A DNA stretch of 64,000 nucleotides from Cycas panzhihuaensis. Its lineage: Eukaryota > Plantae > Cycadophyta. Of the stretch, positions 14,267 through 27,300 are shown piece after piece. The DNA is taken from NCBI GenBank assembly GCA_023213395.1, contig CM041465.1, positions 147,195,741 to 147,259,740 of the forward strand, read 5' to 3'. Position numbers and translations under genes: made by a program. The notes under the pieces are model-generated. The model was not told the DNA's origin and made no database searches. It worked only from the letters and a program-made list of their open reading frames with translations. Position 1 is the stretch's first letter. Every line of letters starts with the position of its first letter.

Positions 14267-17200
14267 ATGGCTTTAGGTCTTTTCTCTCTGCCAGAATTAG
14301 AAAAATTGACTAATTCAAACTATCATCTTTGGAAAATTAAAGTAGAAATTGTCTTAAAAATAAAAAATGCTTGGAATATTACAATTGGGACTGAGATTTA
14401 TCCAAAGGACTCACATGCTAAGCTGGTAAACTGGGAAGAAAGAAACAATATAGGTGTACACATTTTGAAAATGTCAATTTCTAACTCAATTCTGATATAT
14501 GTTAAAAAGCAGAATTTGTCCTCTGATATTTGGAAGTGTCTTGAGAACCTGTATAGACAGAAAAATAAAGCAAGAATAATTGCTCTCAAGGAAGAATTGT
14601 ATAGACTGCATATGAAGGAAAATGAAAATGTAACAGATTTTATGCACAAGGTTGTTTCAATACGAAATAATTTATCAAGTGCAGGAGGTTTGATTTCCAA
14701 ACAAGAGCTGGTAGAACTAATAATAGCCAAGCTCCCAAAGTCTTTCGATACAACCATCAACACCATTATAAATACTAAAAAATAAATAAAATAACTCTTG
14801 ATGAATTGACAGGATTACTGTTGAAACATGAACAAAGGAATAAGAGATATGAAGACTCCTCAGAATTTGAAGATGCCTTTATGTCCATATTGAACCTGGG
14901 CTTACATAGCAGAAACCAAACCCATGGACGAAGCATAACACCTGACTTTAGAGGATGAGGCCAGTGGCAACACTCTAGGGGACGTGGATGAAGCAGAGAC
15001 CCAAGGATTTGTTTCAATTGCGGAAGGACTGGGCACATCTCCAGTGCATGTAGAAACTTTGACATATGTTACCATTGCAGACAAGGTGGACATTAACCTT
15101 ACCAATTCCCTCAGCGAAGAAGTGAGATTCAGAAAGGGAAAAGACTTGTTGGTGGCTACAACAAAGAGAAAGCAGATGAAGATGAAGAAGAGACTACCTT
15201 CATTGTTGCCTTGGCTTCCAACCTCAAAGACAATGACGCATGGTGCGTTGATTCAGGAGCTTCATGACGCATGACTAGTCGTGAAGATTGGTTTGAGACA
15301 TTGGAACCCTATAACCTTGATAGATCAATCAAATTGGGTGATAAATATGCTCTTGATATAAAAGGAATTGGAACCATTGTTGTCAACTTGCAAGGAAATG
15401 TCAAAAAAATCAGAAACGTTTTGTTGGTTCCTGATTTAAAAATGAACCTTCTTTTTGTTTCCCAACTTAGTAAAAAGGGATTGAGAACCATCTTTGATGA
15501 AGATGGATACTGATGTATTCTGGACATGAAAAAGAATGGTGAAACTGTTGTAATAGGTGTGAGATGTAATGGCTTATATAAACTTCTATCGAATCCTATA
15601 CTTCCTGATCTGGAAGAAAAAGCTTGTACTATCGTCAAGTCTAGTAATAAAATTTGGCATTTGAAGTATGGGCACCTTCCAATTGAGACATTGAAATTGA
15701 TGAAAATTTCTGAAATAGTGAATGGATTACCTTGTATCTCTTATGATAACTTTGTTTGTAAAAGCTGTCATTTTGAGAAACAACACCGACTCCCTTTCAA
15801 GGAAAGCACTTGGAAAGCAGAATCAAGGTTGGAGCTAATTCATACAGACCTCTGTATTCCTATCTCACCACTTACTATTAATGGATGCAAATATTTTTTG
15901 ACCTTCATTGACGACTTTTCTCGAAAGGTATGGGTCTACTTTCTCCACAACAAATTAGAAGTTTTTGAAATATTTAAAGAGTTCAAAGTCGAAGCAGAAA
16001 TGGAGGCAGAAACAAAAATTAAATGCATTCGGTTAGACAGAGGAGGTGAATATATATCAAAAGAGTTCCAGAACTACTACAGAATTCATGGAATCCACAG
16101 ACAGGTTACAACTCCATATACACCACAATCAAATGGCGTAGCAGAAAGAAAAAATAGAACCTTAATGGAAATGGCAAGAAGCGTGGTCTATGAAAAAGGT
16201 GTACCAAAAAACTACTAGGTAGAAGCAGTGAGTACATCATGTTATCTCATAAATCGGTGTCCAACAAAGGCCTTAAAAATATCACTCCAGAAGAAGCTTA
16301 GACGGACAGAAAACCTGATGTAAGTTCACTCAAAGTTTTTGGGAGTCAAGCCTTTGTTCATATACTAGATAAAAAATTGTCTAAATTAGATGAAAAAATC
16401 ATAGAATGTATTATGATAGGATATAGTAAAAATTCAAAGGCCTACAAATGCATAGATCCTAGAACCAACAAAATCTATGTGAGTAGAGATGTAGTTTTTA
16501 ATGAAGGAGATAGTGAATCTGGACAAATCAGAATAATTGACGAAGGAGAGAAGATTGCCGAACAGGAAATTACAGAGATTAATCAAGAAATTGAGAAAGA
16601 ACCTGCTGCTGAGGTAACAACAGAGGAAGTTTCAATTTCTCTTCCTACATCCAGCCAAAATCAAATAGGAGTGATAATATATCAACTGGCAGATGAAACT
16701 GTTAATCTAGAAGAACTTGGTACTGAAGAGGCCGCACAAAAATAAAAGAAGCTACCCAGATGGTACATTAAAATAATTGAGGAAGGACAAGGTACTGTAA
16801 TGGAACACAGAATAAGAAGTCAAAAAGCTAGAGCCTTGTTAACCAAGGTCGAACCTCAGACATTTCAGGAAGCCCAAGAAGAACAGGTATGGAAAAGCGA
16901 CCATGGATAATGAAATGGACTCAATCAAAAGAAATCAGACATGGGAATTGGTAGAATTACTAGTCAATAAATTTGCAATCAGTTATAAATGGGTCTACAA
17001 GACTAAAGAAGGGCTAAATGGAAAAATAGAAAAATATAAGGCTAGATTGGTTGCAAAAGGATACACTCAAACAGCCAGAGTAAACTTTGATGAAACTTTC
17101 TCTCCTCTTGCCAAAATGAATAGAGTAAGAACAATGATTGCTCTGACTGTAACTTAAAATTGGAAAATCTTTTAACTATATGTAAAGAGTGCCTTCTTGA

Positions 17201-18380
17201 ATGGAGAACTAGAAGAAGAGGTCTACATGAAACAGCCTGAGGGATATGTTAAAGAAGGATAGGAGAATCTAGTGTGCAAACTAGAAAAGGCACCATATGG
17301 GCTGAAATAAGCTCCTCGAGCCTGGTATGCCAAATTGGATCGTTTTCTGGAAGAAAATAACTTTGAATGTTGTGATTCAGACCCCTATTTGTACATAAGG
17401 AAAAAGGAGGGCAAAGTCACAATAATTGCTGTTTATGTTGATGATATGCTAGTCACTAGTAGTGATAATGAAGGCTCTGAAGACATAAAAGAACAACTTC
17501 AACAAAAGTTTGAGATGACATACCTAGGTCTTTTGAATTACTACTTGGGTCTGGAGATAGGATAACAACATAATTGTATAACTCTATCCCAGAGTAAATA
17601 CATCAAAAGTCTACTTATCAGATTCCAAATGGAAAACTGCAATCCCTGCGCCACACCTATGGAAACAAATTGTAAATTGATAGCAAATGAAATGGAAGAA
17701 GGAGCAAATATCACTCTGTACAAATAAATGATTGGAAGTCTGATCTACCTAACAACAATCAGGCCTGACATATCTTACTTAGTTGGAATTGTGTCCAGAT
17801 ATATATAGAATCCAAAATTAAGACACTGGAAGGCCATAAAAGGAATTCTGAGATATCTTAACGGTACCATAAATCTAAAATTGGTGTATCCAAAAGGAGG
17901 TTCAAAGAAATTATCGAGGATCTTGTGACTGATCAAGGTGAGACAAGAAACAAAGAAAGTCCACTAGTGGATACTATTTCTTTCTGGGTCCTTCAGCAAT
18001 ATCATGGTGTAGCAAGAAGCAAGCCACTATTGCATTATCTTCCACTAAAGTAGAATACAAAGTAGCTACTGCAGCAACGTGCGAAGGTGTTTGGCTAAGA
18101 CAACTTCTATTTGATTTAGAACAGCAACAGAAAGAAGCAACTCCTCTCAAATGTGATAATCAGAGCACCATCAAACTGACTAAAAATCTAGTCCTTCATG
18201 CAAGAACCAAGCATATAGAAGTTCATCATTATTTCATAAGGGAAAAAGTACACAACAAGGAAATTGACCTAGAATATTATGCATCTTGAGAACAAATTCT
18301 GATCTTTTGACAAAATCTCTTGGAAAAGAAAGATTTCAATATCTAAGAAATAAACTAGGGTTACTGGAGATAAAACATTA
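14267..18380 (+). pseudogene. C gag-pol polyprotein (stops and frameshifts)
   Basis: Gag EKLTNSNYHLWKIK; two CCHC-like knuckles near 15010-15100; protease WCVDSGAS; integrase ELIHTDLC, DRGGEY and PQSNGVAERKNRTL; RT YKARLVAKGY and AVYVDDML; RNase H CDNQSTI and RTKHIEVHH. Confidence 0.94.
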
Positions 18381-18388
18381 AGAGATGG

Positions 18389-18604
18389 TGTTAAAATGTA
18401 ATGTTTTATTTAGACAAAGAGGGGTCATGTTGACTCACCCCTTAAAATGTAACTCCAAATAGGAGTTGTGATACTTGGTAGCCTCATGTAGGTTAGTTAC
18501 ATTTCTATTTGTAACAGTCATCTTAGTGATGTATATTAAGAGGAATGAGACTCCATGTAATATCGAGTTCTGATCTTCATTCTGTCTAAGTCAGTTTTCT
18601 ATCA
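18389..18604 (+). repeat. 3' LTR of C (216 bp)
   Basis: Follows the PPT; direct repeat of 13353-13569. Confidence 0.96.
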
Positions 18605-18609
18605 AAATG

Positions 18610-19530
18610 TAATAAGACTATTGTAGGAGTCAAGTCTAATATAGGAACTACTTTAGACATGACAAATCTCGGGAGACTTGATTACTTTTTGAGCATTCAA
18701 ATTAGGCAGATGGAAGATCAAATTATATTGTTGTAGATATAGTACATGAAGAACCTACTAAATAAGTTTGGGATGTAAAATTACAAACCAGTTGTAATAT
18801 CATATGTTAAGGGCACAAGATTACAGAAGGATATAACCAAACCCTCTATAGATGGAATGAAATATCACCAGTTAGTAGGGAGTCTTATCTACTTGACTCA
18901 TACTAGGCTAGATATTACCTATATTGTTGGATCAGTTTCCTTCTATATGTAGAATCTTTAAGAGCTACATTAGGTTGTTGTGAAGTAGATTTTGAAGTAC
19001 TTGAAGGGAACACTCAATCTTGGTATTAAATACCATCGAAGTGAAGAGATAAGATTACATGGCTATATTTGATGTTGATTAGGGAGGAGACTTTAACAAT
19101 CGGAAGTCCACTGTTGAATATATCTTTGGTGTTGGTAATGGATTTATTTCATGGCAGTCGAAGAAATAACAAATAATTGTGTTATATTCTACAGAGGTGG
19201 AATATCAAGGACTCAATGCTAGTGGAAAGCAAGTTGTATGGTTGCAAGGTCTCTTAGAATTTCTTAGATTTTCAAATATACATCTAATTATTTTTGTTGA
19301 TAATCATAGTACCATTTACTTGTCAAAGAATTTAGAATTTTATGCTCATACAAATCATATTAAGATACAACACTACTACATCCATGAATATATCAAGTTA
19401 GGGAAGTTATAGGTTGGCTATTATCTGAGTGAATATTAGCTTGTACACATCTTTACCAAAGCACTTACTAAAGATCAATTCTCAAAGATGCATATTAAAT
19501 TAGGATTGACAAAGGTTGTCTTTAAGGAGG
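18610..19530 (+). pseudogene. A pol part 3 (RT C-terminus and RNase H)
   Basis: LDMTNLGRLDYFLSIQI, LVGSLIYLTHTRLDI and STEVEYQG...FVDNHSTIYLSKN...HTNHIKIQHYYI (ORF 19179-19412). Confidence 0.88.
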
Positions 19531-19631
19531 AATGTATCGACAAGGATAAAGAAGAATCTAGATGGTCTCAACCTTCATAATAACATAACTGCTACAGGTT
19601 GGAGGTTCCCCACATTTATATTAAGGGGGGT

Positions 19632-19935
19632 TGTTAACGTGGTAGTTGTTTATTAAGCCATTAATTAATGTTAATATGTGGTTTAGCTAATCGTGATTAT
19701 TAAAATGGTATGAGATATTCCTTATCAGATGACACCTCTTGGAAGGATATCTACATCCTAGAGCTCTCGTATATCAATTAATTCAAGTAACTATAATCAA
19801 TGTGATCCAATGGATCATTTGTGGTGCATTTTTCTCCAAAAGGATTTTCCACATAAATCTTATATATTATGTATCTATATTCTATGTATATCTTTGTTTG
19901 TTTGATGTGTATGGTTAAAGATTTTGCATATAAGA

Positions 19936-19990
<55 letters not shown>

Positions 19991-20006
19991 TTCATGTTCT
20001 CTGACA
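19632..20006 (+). repeat. 3' LTR of A, containing an expanded (TA)n tract at about 19939-19987
   Basis: TGTTAACGTGGTAGTTG...CTCTGACA following the PPT. Confidence 0.88.
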
Positions 20007-21346
20007 AAATCTCAACTGCTTCTTAATTCTCCTTCACAATCCCTAAAAATCTTCTACTACAACTTCTAACAACTATTGTGGAGGCTATAACTATCCTATT
20101 AACATTAAATTTTTTGATTAAGAGTGACCTGAAATCTCTTTTCCGTTAGAAAAAGATTTCACTTTGATTGGATATCAAGAGAGAAACATATCATCATTTT
20201 TGGAAAGGGTATTATCGTTCTCGCAAACCCTCAAGTTTCTTGGTCAACTTTCATAGGTTTTTGTAGAAGATATAGGGCTCCAAATCACTTTAGATTTAGA
20301 TCCATTAGAAGTGTATTTGTGTCCTCCATCCATCAAAAGTGGTAACATTCAATTTGAGTGTTAGAAGAAATGTTATTTTAATTTTGGTAAGAAATGTCAA
20401 TTCTATTCAATCTATTCTATTTTATTTCTCTTATTTCATATATTCCCTCTTGTTTCATTTGTCTTATATATTCCCTCTTGTTTCATTTGTCTTATTGCAT
20501 TGTAGCTTCCCATAACAAGATTTATAGCTAAGTTATATAGGCATCTAGGTTCTATGGTTTTTAGATTAGTGGGAAAATGGCCTATCTTCCATAAGTAGTG
20601 AAATCACCATAGGAAGATAAGTATTCATACATCTTAAGTAGGGAGCAGCTCTTCTGTTGTACAAGTGGAAGTATTGGATAGCTATCTTGCCTATTCTTGT
20701 TTCCGATTTCTATTTCCATAAGTATTCTGATTCTTATTCCACTTTTATTTTCCACTTTGGTATTATAAAATAATGTGTAATCTATGGTCAATCCATAGTG
20801 TGGTAATACAACAATATCCAGTGGTCATGTTATTTGTGGTGGTCATTAGACATTAGGCATACTCTCTCAAAGTTGTGATAAGTAAAGGCAACACTAAAAG
20901 TTGTGTAAACTCATTTAATCAGATTTGCTAAGGTTCTCACACATGATCTTATTGGAGAGGATTGATGCAACCTCATTGATCACTAATGAGGTGAATAACT
21001 TTAATCTAAAAACATACCATCATGAAGACACCTAGTACTTTCCTAATGGAGTCTAGTGTGGTCTAATCATGTACTTTATTGAATATTTTTAATAATAAGA
21101 TCTTGTACATTTTATGGTGGATGTTTCCTTATCTTGAAGTTTTGCCATGTTAAACCCTGACTTAATATTGGTTATTTAATCTTTATTTATTATCTATTAT
21201 TGATGATTATATGCTCTTATGATGATAGTGTATTATAAAATAATCTTGATGATAAATGCTTTATGTTGATATAATTAAATACTATGGTAATTAAGAGATG
21301 TTTGATAATTGTCTTTATGATAATATCAAACCCATAAAATCTAACA

Positions 21347-24300
21347 TGGTATCAAAGCTTCTTGTATCTTAAGAAGGTATGAGTATGGTAATATGTAGCA
21401 AGAGTGAGCCTGTACATATGAACTAGGCATGTAAGAGCCTGTCTAGTAGTTCTTGAAGTAGGAGTTGTTGGAAGTAGAGTCACAAGCCAACAAAAAGCTA
21501 TAAGGAGTTCATTGAATCAAGGAACCAGGAATATCATAATGGTGACTAGTGAAGTTATGAGAGGTAATAAGTTGAGGAGCTACATATAAAGATAAAGATT
21601 GGACTTTCAAAAATTGATGGTAATGTTATTATGAGTTTTCATTTTATAAACATTTATTATGCATGTGTGGTTATATATTTTGAGCATATAGGTGTTCAAG
21701 GTTCATCCACAAGTTAGAAAATTGTAAGTATGAGAAGCAGGCTTAATCATCTTGCAAGGGTAAGCTATTATTCGTTAGTACATTGCATGAGAATGCAAGT
21801 GCAAGTAGAAGTCAATACCATCAATACATTGCCATGCGAAGAAAAGTGTTTTTGATGAAGGGCAAACACAAATGGTTATAATCTTCACCATTCAAGGATG
21901 ATCCATGGTGTTGTGTAGGTTGTTTGAGCTAGGAGAGATTCTAGAGGTAGTTACAAGGGTTCTTAAAGAATGATTCCCTATCAAAAATTTAAATACCGAG
22001 CCACAATATCGGTTGAAATAGACAACAAACCTATAATGCAATATGAGAAGAGGTTTCTTATTTTAGACCAATTCAGAAAGCAACACCAATTGTGAAGAAT
22101 CTAAAAAATATAACATCAGTGAAGCACACCAGAAGAGAGCAAGTCCAGTATAGTATGAAAGTAGTCCAGCAAAAGATAATTCTACAGAATGTATTCAAAT
22201 GTAAAGATAAGTATCAATTGCTAGAATTTGTTGAGTTAGAAAATTTAAATAACTATTGGTTGATGAAATTTGGACAAGCATAGACAAAGTCTCACATTGT
22301 GTGTAAAATGTTTATGGGCATGGTAAGGCAATAATGATTCACAAGTTTAATAGGTATGAAGTCTTAATGACATGCTATTAAAGGGAAACCCAACCTAGTT
22401 TGGGAAACACTTTATTTGGAGGCGAATATAAACATTTTCTTTCTGAGAATATTATGAATCTATTTGTAGATTGAAATATAAGTTGATCTCACAAAGTAAG
22501 TTAAAAATGGCCATCGATGAATGCTATTAATAGGTTGGATACTCAGTGTTTTGAATAAATTTGAAGGATGAAATATGGTGGAGCACACTAGTTGAAGGTA
22601 ACAACAAATATGCCCAACATATAAGTTAGCCTACGAAACCCTTATGGTAAAGTATTACCTAGTATGTTGTAGAAAAGTAGAAGCATGACTCAAAATTCAA
22701 GGATTGAAAATGTGATAAACGGATATGGAGGTTGCAAACAATGATAAATTATTGATCCCAAAAAGTGTTAAAGTGAATTTGTAAGTTTGAAATATACTAA
22801 TTAGATTCAGGCATGTAGATAAAAAACATAAGATGGTAGCAATGACTAAGCCATTCAAAATTCAAACCTATTATGTGATTCAACAAAATTGAAGAGAAAC
22901 TCAAACCCAATAAGTAACTCAAATATGTGGTCAAAAGCAAGTTTGTGTGTTGGTTCAAAATATAATTTATAAATGTTATATGTTATTGGTGGATGCATAC
23001 ATAATATTACACACTCTCAAAAAATTAGTTGCAAAAGTGTCAAAAGGAGAATACTGATAGGAAATTAGTTGGTATTTAAAACATGAGTTACACATTCAAC
23101 CAAGGTTTGTTCAATTAAATTCTATTTAAAATTTTTTTGGTTTTTAGAAATCTAAAATATGAAAGTGTCTCTAAGCATGTAGGGTACAAACACCTAAAAT
23201 AGGTCAATTCTGAAGATGAGATAAAGAGATCAATTCCCAAACTTAAAGTTGTATAGAAAACATTTCTATTTGTAGGAAGCTAACTCAATAGGGGTAATTA
23301 TCAATGAAGGGTTTAAAAATAATGAAAAATACTCTGAAATTTTTAGATCAATTTTGGAAGTCACTGTAAATCAATTTTGAAGTAAATTGAAAAAAAAAAA
23401 AAAAAAACACTAAAGGTAGTTGTCAATTACAGGGGTAAATTTCTAAAATTTCTTGAGTGTCCAGGTTTGAAGTAGGCTAAATCTTTAGGGACCAAATGGA
23501 GTCCTAGTGTGTTCATCAATTGAAGATCAAGCATTAAAGAGAATAAACAAAATCGAAGAAGCCAAAATCTTACTGAGTTATTAGTTATCATAGCAAAAAA
23601 TTTGTCATTGTGTACATAAGCATCGATCATAAGAACAAATCTATGTAGAGATGTTTGAGCTAGTGAACTGGGATATGCATGGGCATGAGGAACATCAACT
23701 ATGATGTTCAATGAGTATTCCATTGTTGAATACTATCTAAAAGTGCATGTTGTTATCTATATATGGCTATTATAGATTAATTATAGAGTTGCAAATGTAG
23801 AGTGCCAAGAGCACACCTTAGAGATGGAGCACTTGAGAGGGGTTTGAGGAAGGACTTGTTAAAACACTCATGTTGGCATGTTAGTGGATTGCCTTGTGTA
23901 AAATAATGAGCAAAGGGAGATGAAAATTGAGAGCTAATAATGGGGTCATAAGTTTAAATGCATTTTGAAGAGGATTCAATTATAGATCGCATGCAAAAAA
24001 ATGATTTGTTAGTTTGGTCGAGCATACTAAATGTAGTGTTGGGTGACCACAAGTTTGAGAACAAACCATGAGTAAAGAGGATGTTGTTGGAAGGAGTATG
24101 GGCCAAAGAGCATGAATTAAATATTTGATCCTTCACAAAGGGAAAATCACAGAAAAAAGAAAGAATCAGGCCACTGATGAAGGGCATCACATCAAATAAA
24201 TGTGTGGATGGAAGGAATAGGAAGGCCATCTCCTTAGAGGTAGAATCATTTAAAGATATCATCATTGAGAAAAGAGGCAAGCATGGATCATGCATGCAAG

Positions 24301-27300
24301 GAAAAATGATGAGAAAAGATAGCACATCCCATGGATAAAAGGGCCAAATCAAATCATGAAAGGCTTGGCTAACTAGAGTATACAGGAAGATCACCCATGA
24401 GGGAGGCATAGCAATTGAATAGAAAACATACAAAGTCCTCCATGTTCCGAGTAAGGAAGAGCCTCATAGATCAACATAGACAAAGATGACATGAAATCTT
24501 AAACAAGTAGTCATGCACTACAAACATGCATAAAAGTAGAGATAAGCTACATAGAAGCGAAGATGGCCTACACATAATGGAGATGAAAATGGAAATCAAC
24601 ATTGGTTAATATTTATTACCTTAATTTTTTTAATTAAAGCATTTTAAATTTCTATTTAGAGTCCTACAGCCCCCAAGTCATAACAAGTGGTCACTTGAGA
24701 ACTTAATATGACCTAATCCCTCAAGTGAATAAGTGAAAATAGTGTTAAAATTATTTTCCAACCTTAATTGAATTTTCAATGAGATATCATCTTAGTTTGC
24801 TTTGTAACTTCTATTAGAATTTATAATTACGTTATGATGCCATACTATAAATATATAATAACACAATGAAATATAATATGCAAGTATAATAACAAAATAA
24901 TCTCATGAGATATATACACATATAAATAAATCAACATAAATCATAAAATAAATAACACATCAAGAATGCACCACAAGAGAGATAACAAATTTATACGTAA
25001 AAAATCTAGTGTGGAAAAAACCACGAGAGAAGGTGTAGTTAGAAGCTTCTCTTAATTATTAGAATAATTATATCTTTATTCTCAATTTCTTAAGTGGTGT
25101 GTTTATATATTTATATCAAGATTTTCCTCATAAATAACTTATCATATTTCTCTTGAGCCTTTTCATCATCCAATACATTATTATATGGATATGTGTGCAT
25201 CTTACATATCTCAATGTATGTGATTGGCGGGATTGTGTATGTATCTTATCATACTAACATTAAATATTATACAGGTAATTGAATTACATATTATAACATT
25301 TCCCCTTAACGTTTAATGTTTTTGAATCTTAGTATTTAAATTCATGTCTTCAAATCTTCATCCCTTGATCTTCAACACATATGCTAGATCTTATATACCA
25401 ATTTCTCGTATCATGTTGTATCTATGTTATCACTTGTAACCTGTAAATGTCATATCATCTATATGCTTATCTCCTATAAGCATTAACCTGTATACTTATA
25501 ATCAATAACCTGTATCAACCTGTATGTAATAAATATGTAGTTATTTATATACATCACTAACTAAGTATGAATAACCAACCTATAAATATCTATCAATCAT
25601 CTTTCAACATCATCATCAACAAATATGAAGTGTCTTCCTGAACATCTTCATATCTTCATTTTTATAGCTACTTCTATCAATATCAACTACCAACTATTCA
25701 ACAAATTAACAAATAAACAAATTGATTTCTGAGTCCATATAAAATAATAACCATCTATTGAAATATATAGGTAATCGATGTTTGTAATCATTAGTTCTCT
25801 AGGTAATTATTTTAAGTACATGGTTCATCATTTTTCAAATTGCTTGTATAAGAGCAACATAATCTCGTCTCTTGCATACAAGTTAGAACAACACATTCGA
25901 GTGTGTTATGTAAGAGTAGCTTATGGAACTTATACTTAGCTCTTGCGAACAATATTTCTTTTTTTCTTTATGTGCTTCCTCACTTACATAGTTTATCAAC
26001 TTTCTTTTTGGCATCCATTCATTACTTTTTTATCTCGAATCATTATCTCAAAAATAACTAATTCTGAAAACAAGCTAAACCATTTGGCTAAGATAACTTA
26101 GATGTAACAAAGTAGCATTAACATATGTTTCCATGCCTCTTGATATACATGGCTAGTCAATGTTTTTACTAACAAACACTAATATACTTTCATCCTTCCT
26201 TCTTTCAATTGAACCATCTTAACAATTGATTATTAGTAGGATAACATCGACAACTAATTAGTATGCTAGTTAATCAATCATATGATACTTCACCTTATCT
26301 CATTAATAGGTGGAATTTTTAACTTCTTATTTCTCTATAATCAAAACAAATTGGGTACCCTTATTAAATACAAGGTGATCTCATTTTCATCAAAAGAATA
26401 TCATTTATTCATTATTCATCAATAAACTATTTAAATAACTAAGTGATCTATTCATTTGATTAGTGTTATACAATTTACTAGACCAAATGTGATTTTCCAA
26501 GGGGAATTTTGTATGTCCAACATTTCAATAAATTTCTATATCAATATCACATCAATTATTTCCCACTTCATAAAAAAATTTAACTATTTTTTAGCCTTTA
26601 AATATCATAAATAGCTTATAAATTAATCACTTTTAAATAAATGCCATTTTTTTTTCACCATCAATAAAAAATAATATTGTCATCATGTTCAAAGCCTTTG
26701 AAAACATTAAAATATCCACATTAAAAAAAGAGAGAAAAAGTTTATAGAATACAAATTTTATGAGATTTAGATCACTTTCATCAACTTTACCCTTTAATTT
26801 ATTTATCTTCTATTATCTAAAATATGTCGTGCAACCATTCGTTTTGACAGTCACGATATTTTCTTTCCAATACAATTGACAATACTTGAATTTGACATCT
26901 TAGTGAAAAGTTATGATAGAAAAAGCACTAGTATATCCTAAAAAACTACATGATTCTTTAGAAATAGGCTTCAGATTTCAAAAATCAATTTAATTTAATA
27001 TATAAACTTTAGAAATTAAAAATTATTCCAATTTGATTTAACTCTATTTGAGATCTGCCCCTTTTGGACCTTAGCCCTAGATCACATGGGCTCTCCATGT
27101 GATGAGTTACTAATAAATAGGGGGTTGATGATCAGATTTCAAATTTTATCAAATTTCATTTAATTTTTTTAAAACTTTACAATTCTTTTTTATGATTTAA
27201 AAATTCATCTATAATTTTTTTTAATACAAAAAAATCATCCTTATATTCAATATTTTCTTTGATTCGACCAATCTCCATGGTGATTTTGTAATTCCGTGGA

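Larger units (their letters stand above)
13353..18604 (+). mobile_element. Ty1/Copia LTR retrotransposon C (short LTRs), nested in the RT of A
   Basis: LTRs TGTTAAAA...CTATCA at 13353-13569 and 18389-18604; PBS TGGTATTAGAGC at 13570; PPT TTAAGAGATGG; perfect TSD AAATG at 13348-13352 and 18605-18609. Confidence 0.97.
3291..20006 (+). mobile_element. Ty1/Copia LTR retrotransposon A (old, degenerate; host of B and C)
   Basis: LTRs at 3291-3635 and 19632-20006; degenerate Met-i PBS TAATATCAGAGCC at 3636; PPT TTAAGGGGGG at 19621-19630; TSD AAATA/AAATC (4 of 5); gag-INT-RT-RNaseH order. Confidence 0.9.

Noticed and set aside
8126-17723. Minus-strand ORFs overlapping B and C (e.g. 8126-8536, 10616-10843, 14398-14766)
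   Set aside because: Antisense shadows of gag-pol with no independent motifs.
23954-24433. 159-aa minus-strand ORF
   Set aside because: Antisense of a purine-rich repeat tract; no recognisable domain.
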